Shown here piece after piece: positions 1 through 8,727 of a stretch of 29,991 nt of DNA. The DNA is from Psammoneis japonica (lineage: Eukaryota), in contig QPGO01000181.1 in the NCBI GenBank assembly GCA_008632985.1, forward strand, positions 124,001 through 153,991, given 5' to 3'. Made by a program: the position numbers and the translations under genes. Numbering within the stretch: the first letter of the stretch is position 1; every line of letters begins with the position of its first letter. Below the pieces are notes generated by a model, which did not search any database, was not told the origin of the DNA, and saw nothing but the letters and a program-made list of their open reading frames with translations.

Positions 1-267
1 GAACAGGATTTAGGTGCGCGTGAAATGTCGCGCGCTATTTAGTTCACCGTGCACAGTTTTGTGTGCTCTTTAGTTCCGCGCGCACGCGCGCGATGTAGTT
101 TGCTTTCGAGCCACAAGGCTCACAAGAATAACAACAGCAGCCCGATTATACCGACTTACACGTCTTTCGGCTCCTGTGACGGTCTCTGAGCGGAGACTCA
201 TCTGCCATTTAGACAGCAGTAAGGAGTTGTTGTTTGAATTCTTGCCATTTGCCTTCAATTTCTGTCA
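1..267 (+). repeat. 5' LTR of Copia copy 1 (truncated by window edge)
   Basis: Ungapped match to 4493-4759; ends TTTCTGTCA. Confidence 0.95.
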
Positions 268-282
268 GATTAACAGTCTTGC
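268..282 (+). promoter_or_regulatory. Putative primer-binding site, complementary to a tRNA-Asn(GUU)-like anticodon arm
   Basis: GATTAACAGTCTTGC directly abuts the LTR; its reverse complement GCAAGACTGTTAATC contains a CTGTTAA anticodon loop. Identical in copy 2 (26199-26213, minus strand). No TGG (anti-CCA) start. Confidence 0.55.
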
Positions 283-1088
283 TCATTGTCAACCCATTGA
301 GCAACCGCCATCGTCGTCGTTGATTTACCGACGACGCTATTTCAATTCTGCGTGGACCTCCGTATATATTCTACGTGTACATCGGCAAGTCTACGCGCAT
401 TCAATACCAGGCATCGGCAGGAATTTAACGTCACCGTCAAGTCTCCTTAACGCTGTATATCTGGATTGATTATACTACCTTTTATCGCTGAAGACATACA
501 TTCAACGGTTATATCCAAGTCTATCCTTGATCCTCATCCCTTCATATACCCATTCAACGGTTAACGGTCAAGAACCCTACATATTCAAAGATCTTCGTCG
601 CTGAAGACATATATATATCTTCACGGCCGAGAACTTGAACCCACTCTTTGGACTACGGCTTTGCTACCACTCTACAAGCACACCGAGTCTATTGTACCTG
701 ATCTACCCCGGACTACTGGTGCTCTACAGTTCTACTAGGTCCACAAGGACGACTGTGAGAGCAAGTGGCCGTGATTGCAGCCTACGTTGGGGCGAGGGTG
801 TTTTCCCGCGTTTGTTCGTTTGTCCACAGCGCCTAACGCCTACGTCAACTGGCCAGCCTGATCGGGAAATCCAACCGATATAAAATAAGAACGGTTCGGG
901 GGTCTTGTCCACCTCCAGTCAGCTCACCTGCAGGGGTTTACAACCCGCTACTCCGCTCGTAAGCAACCCAAAGCGCCACTGGCTGCGGGTTTGGACGTGC
1001 CGGCACAACTCTACGGACCGGATGGGAAGTTTAGCACTTAACAACGAACGGGACAGCACACCCCGGCGACTTCTGATTTTAAGATAGT

Positions 1089-1145
1089 TCAAGATTTCAA
1101 GTCAAGTCCATTTCAAGTCAAGTCCATTCCCACTCAAGTTTCAAG
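1089..1145 (+). repeat. Cluster of 7 TCAAG pentamers just upstream of gag
   Basis: TCAAG at 1089, 1097, 1102, 1113, 1118, 1134, 1141; similar CTTGA cluster at ~25221-25277 in copy 2. Confidence 0.8.
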
Positions 1146-1199
1146 TCTACCTCCGCGTCCTAACAAGAATCACTTGCCCTGACACCGCTTTTGTCCACC

Positions 1200-2720
1200 A
1201 TGGTTCTCACTCGTCAGCAACAAACCGATGGTTTCAAGCACGTTGTTGGAACCGTGCTTGCCCAAGGTGCTGGAAGCCCTCTTCGTTTGGCTTTGACCCA
1301 CGATGGCACGGACTCGCACCAAGAACTGTTCACGTTCATGCCTTCCCAAATCAACTCGCTTGAGTGCGACAACGGCACCAATGTGATCCCATTGCCCCGA
1401 GGTTGCAAGAACATGTTAGCAGCTCTAGTTAGCCTGTACATTGTCAAAGCACACAAGGGCCTTGATGTTGCCAATGACTGTTCGTTGTTCACGCATGATG
1501 AGTTCCTTGCCTGCCGCCTCAGTCCCGACTGCATGTCTTCTGTGTCCGTCAGCAGCTCACCTCTTGCACCTCCGCACGTCACCAACTCGACCAAGGCACA
1601 CGACCCAGTGCGAGAATTCAAGCGAGGCATCAAGCGTGACCCCACTGCTTTCACGGCTCTCAAATCTGACAAACAGTGGCACACTTGGCACACCTCACTT
1701 GTGGCACAAGCCCGTGCCCAAGAGGTCGAGTGCATTCTAGACTCATCGTACAAACCGACCAGCCCCGAAGACAAACTGCTCTTTGCTGAACAGCAAAAGC
1801 ACATGTTCGCCGTCTTCGAATGCATCCTTCTCACTGACAAGGGCAAATCTCTCATTTGTGAAAATGTGGGGTCTTCTGATGCCCAGACCGTCTGCCGCGC
1901 CTTGTCCGAGCATGCGCTCACCTCCACCCGTGCATCTATCGAGTCCTCCACCTTGCTCACGCACCTCACCACCACACGCCTTGGTGATGGCACTTGGAAA
2001 GGTCCAACCCACGGGTTCATCCTTCATTGGCAGGATCAGTTGCGCAAGTGCGAGGCACTCATCCCGGCCAGTGACCACTTCTCTGAAGGAAAGAAGTGCG
2101 TCATGCTCGAGAATGCCGCACATCCTGTTGAGGAACTCCGCGCCGTCAAGAACCAAGTTGATCAACATGGCACGCAGAGTGGCAAGAGCCTCACATGCGA
2201 TCAACATTGTGGCTTGCTCCTCTTTGCAGCGGCTCAATTCGACAGCATGTTTCAACCCAAGATGACACCTCGAGCTCCCGACCGTGCCACACAACGTCCA
2301 CTCCGAGGAACCATCCGATGATGTGTTCTGTGACATCGACAGTGACATTGACGTCCTTCAGGCTGACGCTGCCCACACCTGCAGTCCCAGCCTCACCGGC
2401 AACCAATGGAAACGTCTCCCTCCCGACCACCAGCGGATTTGGGATTTGTTGCCCAATTCCTCCAAGGCGATCATCCTTGAGCATTCTCGTCCGCCTCCTC
2501 GCAACCCACGAGCTGTCAACTGCCATGAGTCTGTTGCGGTCAACCTTCATGACCAACAACTTGGGAGTGACGGTGATGTCAACTTGTCCACCACGACTCT
2601 TGCTGACTCTGGTGATCCCGCTCCGAATGTGGATGCCCCCTCAGACAATCCCATTCTGGCGCATCTCACCAAGCGCAAGCCACCACCACCCGGTGATCTG
2701 CAATGCCTGTTGTCTCCTGC
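1200..2720 (+). pseudogene. Copia gag (frameshifted near 2285)
   Basis: ATG at 1200; FKRGIKRDP..F..LK, AQARAQ, LLTDKGK, FILHWQDQLR are motifs typical of diatom CoDi Gag; continues in ORF 2284-2925; near-identical to the copy 2 gag. Confidence 0.85.
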
Positions 2721-2767
2721 CCCAGCCCCCAAAGCCAGTCGACCGGGCCCATCCGCACCCGCCACCA

Positions 2768-4460
2768 CTGATCCTTCCATTCGAAACCTGCATCTTGATC
2801 CTCCTGATGGGGAGCCACCTGAACCCATCATCAAATCTCGCAATGATGACAACCCCGTCGATTCACCTGATGGGGAGATCAGGACACCCAAGATGCCAGT
2901 TTTCGATCCGCAAGACATCATCTGACGCACCTTCCTCATGCAGCCACAAGAGGACGGACAACGCCACAGAGCTCGCATCGTCAAGGCCGTCGAAGATCAC
3001 GACTGGAAAGTGAATGGCAACCCCGAGCTCACTAAGTTCGTCTGCTCTGTCAACAACGACGAATGCGAGGAAGTCCTGGCCTGCAACGACATCATGAATC
3101 ACATTGAGCAAGAAGACGAAGACACTGCTGTTTGGAAATTTCGATGCATTGTGTCACACAAAGGACCTCTGAAGCCTCATGACCCAACCTGGAAAGGCTC
3201 AAGCTGCAACATCATGCTTGAATGGGAAAGTGGGGAGATCACGTCCGAGCCTCTTGCCATCATCGCCAAGGACGACCCTGTCACCAAGGCCATCCATGCA
3301 CGAGAGAACGGACTTCTCGACACCGATGGCTGGAAGCAGTTCTGCATCATCGCGAGGCGCCAGAAGAAGCTGTTCCACATGGCCAACCAAGCCAAGCTTC
3401 GCTCCTTCCGCACTGCACCTCGCTGCAAGTGCGGACACGAAGTTCCCCGGAACTGCAAACACGCCATGTCCCTGGACGAACGCAACGGCAACCGCAAATG
3501 GGGAGACGCAACCAATCTCGAGATGGACCAACTCGAGATGGGTTCCAGTCCTAGGTGGGACTTTTTGTGACATTGGGCCCACAGAATTCTACGTGCGAGC
3601 TCCGTAGTAAAATTGTTAAGCAATGGATATGTGAATGATCGCCAACAGAAAAAGAGGCAATTTTGCGAACGTATCTCCTCCTCCACACTTGAAATACATT
3701 CTTTACAGCATGCCCGGGTACATTCTTTAGACATTAAAGAACACACCCAGCGCATGTTTATTGACACAAGCGCAGATAACAGAAAGCCTTTGGCTTCGCA
3801 AAACAGGCAGTGTGGAACAATTTTTTATAATGGAACACGTAGAAATGTACGTGCGAAACATGCGACGGATGATAAAAAATAATTATGTCACAGTTCAGTA
3901 GTACGAGGTCCCACCTAGAGCTGGAACACGTCTCGATGAATGTGAAGTCTTTCATGACTGCGGGCCCTCCGAGTCTTCCACTCCTCCTGCGGGACACAAG
4001 AAGATCCGAGTGCACCCAGTGTATGACGTGAAACACGACGGCCGCCACAAGGCACGACTCGTAGCCGATGGACACCTCACGGATGTGCCCATCGATGGTG
4101 TCTGCTCTGGAGCAGTCTCCGCAAGGACTTGTGTCGAGCAGATTATCGACCTGCGCATCACCCTGCGTCACCTCGGCATCCCGATCCATGACATTAGTTG
4201 CATGTTCGGTGACAACAAGTCAGTTGTGGACAGTGCCACCATCCTGCACTCCAAGTTACACAAGCGACACACTGCTCTGTCGTTCCATCGTGTGTGAGAG
4301 GCGATTGCCTCTGGTTGCCTTGAGTTCCAATTCATCGAAGGCTCCCGCAACCCTGCTGACATTCTTGGCAAGCATTGGGGTTGCTCCCAAATCTGGGACC
4401 TTCTCCGTCCCCTCATGTTTTGGAACTTCATTCCATCCGAAGTCGAATCTGTTTCTGTGA
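2768..4460 (+). pseudogene. Copia pol remnants: post-integrase region, RT N-terminus fused directly to RNase H; interrupted by a MITE
   Basis: WKFRCIVSHKGPL...EWESGEITSEPL; EVPRN..HAMSLDERNGNRKW; KARLVADGHLT...SGAVS joined in frame at ~4120 to ARTCVEQIIDLR...FGDNKSVV...LSFHRV...NPADILGKHW. No protease, integrase core or YVDD motif seen. Confidence 0.9.
3537..3932. mobile_element. 396-bp MITE / non-autonomous DNA transposon with 25-bp TIRs and TCGA target duplication
   Basis: TIRs 3537-3561 and 3908-3932 match at 21/25; TCGA at 3533-3536 and 3933-3936; removal restores the Copia reading EMDQLDE(C)EVF. Confidence 0.9.
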
Positions 4461-4470
4461 CTCCTCAAGC

Positions 4471-4481
4471 AAACTGGGGAG
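4471..4481 (+). promoter_or_regulatory. Polypurine tract of Copia copy 1
   Basis: AAACTGGGGAG immediately before the TG of the 3' LTR; same sequence at 21965-21975 (minus) in copy 2. Confidence 0.8.
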
Positions 4482-4759
4482 TGACAGGATTTGAACAGGA
4501 TTCAGGTGCGCGCAAAATGTCGCGTGCTATTTAGTTCACCGCACACAGTTTTGTGTGCTCTTTAGTTCCGCGCGCACGCACGCGATGCAGTTTGCTTTCG
4601 AGCCACAAGGCTCACAAGAACAACAACAGCAGCCCGATCATGCCGACTTGCACGTCTTTCAGCTCCTGTGACGGTCTCTGAGTGGAGACTCATCTGCTGT
4701 TTAGACAGCAGCAAGGAGTCATTGTTTGAATTCTTGCCATTTGCCTTCAATTTCTGTCA
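4482..4759 (+). repeat. 3' LTR of Copia copy 1 (278 bp)
   Basis: TGACAG...CTGTCA; matches 1-267 and, inverted, 21689-21964 and 26214-26489. Confidence 0.95.
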
Positions 4760-5440
4760 CAATTGCACAGACTTGACTGGCCCTCAGTCTACAATCTGAG
4801 CACCACCTGCACAGCAACACCACAAACTGTCCCGATCGGCACCGAATCTGAACACACTTTTGTCCTGCATCATCCAGAGTGAACACAAACTGTTTTTCAT
4901 CTTGCACCAAGCACCTGACACCACTTGCACTGAATGGAATCTTGTTCAAGTTAATCTTGAATGTGCTGTGGCTGAACACCCTAATGCCTTCTCAGATGGC
5001 AAGGCATGCATTGAATTCTTCACGCAACATCCACACGATGTGCAGTTCAATGCTGCAAATCAGCGTTTTTGGAAATGACATCACAAACTCAAAGGACGAT
5101 TCATTCTCCACAACAATTTCCATCTGCTCACCATCTCCAAATGAGCACAGTTATGCCAGTGAAAAAAGTCTTGTCGTTTTCTCTCAATGGGTTCACTTTA
5201 ATCACCCGGACATGTGTCATCATGGACCCTTCAACTTTGCCACGATCAACAGCAGGCAGACACCTGATCAAATGTCGGCTAAAGAATGGAACATTCTGTC
5301 AGCACTGTCTCAATGACATGAGAACGAACCCCCAGCAAACAGCTGTCATGCCTCTCTTTTTCACATCACATGAATGCACACAGTTTCACACTGTCCACCG
5401 AGACCCATCTGTAGAATCTCAAACATCTGCTCTCCTCAGT
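4760..5440 (+). pseudogene. Decayed retrotransposon pol C-terminal fragment (probably diatom Ty3/Gypsy post-integrase tail)
   Basis: KLFFI...EWNLVQV...DG...EFF..HP.D..FNAANQRFW and HGPFNFATINSRQT.D resemble, from memory, pol tails of diatom LTR elements; contains stops/frameshifts; TpA-depleted. Confidence 0.5.
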
Positions 5441-5499
5441 CATGAGCACATGCACAATCATTGGATGCTGAGCTGTCACAAGCTGTCACTTGAATGAGT

Positions 5500-7290
5500 T
5501 GCTCACCAAAAGATTGGCCCCCCCATCTCAAAAGATTGCCCAAAATGGGCACCCCCAAAATTTTCTTCTTGGCATTCACACCCCTCAGGTTTTTGCAACA
5601 ATGCTTTTTCTCCTGGCCCATCATAATCTCTCTCTCTGTCCCCATGATGTTCTGTCTGCTTTTCATTTGGATGTTGCAACAATGTGGCTTTTGCCATCTT
5701 CTCTGGGTGGCTTAAAAGCGGAGCTCATCCAAGCTGATGTCAGCAACTTCCATTCCAGAAAACCATTAGCCATTGGCACATAAATTGCCAATCACCAACA
5801 GTTTTCCCTCTTTCCTCACCACTTTTTCAGTTCACCATGGAGAGTGGCTCATAATCCATGCAGATGATCACTCGCTTTTTATGCCATTCCACTTTTAAGG
5901 TGTCACACAAAGACTCGCGTGCTGCACAGAGGATTCATGCAGGGCTGTGCAAATTAGACACCAGAGGTTGCACAGAAAAATGCAAAATCACCACACTCAT
6001 CCACAACCCAAAAGCAGTGGCAAAATTTCCATTCGTGGTGCGGTGAATCCCGCACTGGAAATTCTTGAAAAGATTTTCCCGGGACTCAACACGCACAACT
6101 TCAAGGAGCTGAACGACAATGATGTCTCTTTGCAAGACAAATGAACCACACATGCATGGAAAGATCATCAAGAGCAGATGTTGATTGCGATGGTCAAACT
6201 GCATCTCACACCTCAGTGTCCCAAGATGTCACAATTTAAAATCCAACGCCTTCATTTTGTGATTTGGCAGAAATCTGATGTGACATCTTCTGACATGATG
6301 GTGTGAGATGCAGTTTGACTCCCCAAACCTTCTTCCCCCACGCATGCTTGTGACACTTTGATGCCTCTTTCTTTGTGATGCTCAACATGTTGATAAAACA
6401 ATCACCGCTGAAAGTCTTTGCTCCACTCAGTCCACTCATCGCAGAATTAGCACTGCGGTCTGCCACCTGCGAGCAACAGCACACGAGTCTTTGTTTGGCT
6501 GTGGCACCCAGAAAATCCAGGGATTCAGTCCCGAGATTTCCATTTGTGACTGCTCTGTTTGCAGTGCCAACCCACTTTCCATGTGACATGGCACCACAAT
6601 GTTGTTTCATGTCAAGTTTTGAAAAGGTCTCAATGGGAAACGAACGGCAAAGGGTCTGGTCTACAAGAGATGCATCTGTCACAAGTGCACAGGTCTGAAT
6701 CCCGGGATTTTTATTTTTGAACATGTCAAAGAGATGTTGATGTTTTCTCATCGAAGTAAAAGCACCCATGTGAGGACTGAAATGTTTGCAATCAATGGCT
6801 GTGTGCTTTTAGAATAATTGGAGGGTCTGTGGTGTTGGAAAGGGTTGATCTGGAGAAATGTGTGGTGGGAGGGTTGCGCGGAGCGTGCTTGGGGCGGGAT
6901 GGAGAGAAAAGGGGTGGGCCAAAAGTGCGGACAGATGACGGTGGAGGAGAGGAGAAGTTGGCAAAACAGCAGGATCATGGCAAAGAAGAAGAAGAGCTTG
7001 GCATGCAGAGAGATGGTTGGAGAGAGCAAAGCCAAGGCTGAGGATTTGAGAGGCCCAGAGTTGAGGGGTTGTAGTGTGACAAGAGGAGCCGAAGCGGTCC
7101 AGTGAAAGTTGTTTCCCAGGCTGCATTGGAGTGCTGGACAAGGAGGTTTTGGATGGTGGGAGCAGTGAGTTGGTGAAAGTGGAGAAGGATGCTTGAGAGT
7201 TGGAAAGGGAGGATGGGCTTGTCCAGGGTGGTTTGGGAGGAAGGGGTGGGATGGAGGAGGATGTTGTGGTGGACGTGCCGAAGAAGAAAA
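5500..7290 (-). other. Unidentified decayed repeat/ORF remnant
   Basis: Strongly TpA- and CpG-poor like the neighbouring TEs; fragmentary ORFs (6236-6769) and a Pro/Ser-rich low-complexity segment 6800-7280; no recognisable domain. Confidence 0.3.
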
Positions 7291-7601
7291 CGTGGAAATG
7301 ATAAAAAAATGTATAATATTTATATTTATGCAACTACGTTTATGTGAAAAAAGCAATATCATCATGGATTTTCCGGGTTCGCGAAGATGATACCCTTCAA
7401 CAACGATGTTGACGTTGAGTTGTGGAGCGAGATCTATTGCATATAAGGTACTGTACACGGGGTAGGTGTCCCACTACTGTATTGCTAATTTTTTGGAAGT
7501 TTTGCATAGTTCATCATCGAGTTATTTTCCTTGCCCGGTCTCACGGTGATTTTCGGAGCATTCCCATAAGGCAGCTACCATACTTTCTTTCGCGAGAAGC
7601 A

Positions 7602-8360
7602 ATGAAGTTCAATATCTTTTTCCTTTCCTCTTTCGTCGCTGCTGTAAGAGGATTTGCACCGGTGTGTACTGATCATGCTAAGCCGGCGTCCGTGGGTGCC
7701 ACGAAAACCGACCTTGAAGCAATCGCCGAGAAGTGCAACCCAATAGTCAAGTTCTACGACCCACTCAACCTTGCTGATGCCAACTTTTGGGGTAAGGGAT
7801 CCGAGGCAACAATTGGATTTCTCCGTCAGTCAGAGATTAAGCACGGTCGCATCGCAATGTTTGCGTTTGTTGGTTATGTTGTTCAGTCAAACGTCCACTT
7901 TCCTTGGCCCCAGACCCTCGCCGGAGCCGCCCATCCTTCTACTGACTTGAGTCCAGAGGCGCAGTGGGATGCGGTCCCTCTGGGGGCCAAATGGCAGATA
8001 TTTGCAGTGATAGCCGCATTGGAGCTCTGGGATGAGTGCGGGGGTGGCACTCTTCCTCATTACATGAATGGGCGCCAGCCTGGCAAGTATCCGAGCTTTC
8101 AGCCGTTCCGAGACGCCGTCCATCCCGTTTTTGATTTGTATGATCCATTCGGTTTCAACTCGAAGATGACCGACGATGTCAAGGAGCGCCGTCTCATTGC
8201 GGAGATCAACAATGGACGCTTAGCCATGCTTGGAATCTTCGGGTTCTTGTGCGCGGATAAGGTCCCTGGATCGGTACCTCTTCTAAATGACGTCGCTATT
8301 CCTTACCCGGGCGATCCGATGGTTCCTTTTGAGGGACAGTTCTCATACTTTGGCAACTAA
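7602..8360 (+). CDS. Fucoxanthin-chlorophyll a/c light-harvesting protein (LHC; Lhcq/Lhcf16-like), 252 aa, intronless
   Basis: Signal peptide ending ...VRG-FAP (ASAFAP-type plastid signal); helix motifs EIKHGRIAM and EINNGRLAM; YDPLNL and YDPFG motifs. True start is ATG 7602, not 7422. Subfamily assignment is tentative. Confidence 0.95.
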   Translation: MKFNIFFLSSFVAAVRGFAPVCTDHAKPASVGATKTDLEAIAEKCNPIVKFYDPLNLADANFWGKGSEATIGFLRQSEIKHGRIAMFAFVGYVVQSNVHFPWPQTLAGAAHPSTDLSPEAQWDAVPLGAKWQIFAVIAALELWDECGGGTLPHYMNGRQPGKYPSFQPFRDAVHPVFDLYDPFGFNSKMTDDVKERRLIAEINNGRLAMLGIFGFLCADKVPGSVPLLNDVAIPYPGDPMVPFEGQFSYFGN

Positions 8361-8390
8361 ACTAACGGGAAATAAGGTACTGATAGATAT

Positions 8391-8487
8391 CTGTTACTTG
8401 TCCTGAGTTTGACTTGTGGAACATTGCTTGTGCATGCCCTCTGTTAGTCCTGAGTTTGAATTGCGGAATATTGCTTGCGAATGCCGC
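8391..8487. repeat. Imperfect ~47-50 bp tandem duplication in the LHC 3' region
   Basis: ctgtta(ctt)gtcctgagtttga.ttg.ggaa.attgcttg.g.atgcc occurs at 8391 and 8441. Confidence 0.75.
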
Positions 8488-8727
8488 CCTTCCCTTAATC
8501 AAGGTTCATTCCTGCTAAAGCAAGTTTTCCGGAGCATCGCTCTCTTCTTGTTGTTTTTGGAATGAAGCTGTCCTAACCCATGTTACCAACACAAAAGAAA
8601 TGTCAGCTCTACATGAACGATGGGCGCTGCAAGAGGCAGGAGCTGACGGGTCAGAAGCGGCTGGCAGGATAATCTGATACCCATTGAGAAACAGAGCAGT
8701 TGTTTCCGGGATAGAACCATCATTGTC

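Larger units (their letters stand above)
1..4759 (+). mobile_element. Ty1/Copia (CoDi-like) LTR retrotransposon, internally deleted non-autonomous copy 1 (first 11 bp of 5' LTR lie outside the window)
   Basis: Direct repeats 1-267 and 4493-4759; complete 3' LTR has TGACAG...CTGTCA termini; PPT before the 3' LTR; gag, RT-start (VYDVKHDGRHKARLVADG) and RNase H (FGDNKSVV, NPADIL) motifs in Copia order. Confidence 0.95.

Noticed and set aside
70..258. 62-aa ORF 'MKANGK...' recurring four times (also 4562, 21698, 26223)
   Set aside because: It lies inside the LTR, begins at TTG, and recurs only because the LTR is repeated.
905..1087. Conserved leader uORF (also 25279-25461)
   Set aside because: Non-ATG start; conservation is no greater than the surrounding DNA identity between the two copies.
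1214..2984. Long antisense and alternative-frame ORFs over gag (likewise over 12500-20000 and 23555-24963)
   Set aside because: No motifs; explained by loss of TAA/TAG stops through TpA depletion and by overlap with genuine TE frames.
1..4759. Classical fungal RIP (CpA>TpA) or CpG decay alone as the cause of copy differences
   Set aside because: RIP would enrich TpA and stop codons, but here TpA and conserved Tyr are lost. CpG decay is present but cannot explain TA vs CA/TG sites; only the reciprocal TG/CA sites are ambiguous.
6748..7458. Pro-rich 236-aa ORF as a host gene
   Set aside because: Low-complexity purine/pyrimidine-skewed DNA gives open frames in several phases; no domain or splice support.
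7422..7601. 60-aa N-terminal extension of the LHC ORF
   Set aside because: Non-ATG start; the signal peptide begins at ATG 7602.
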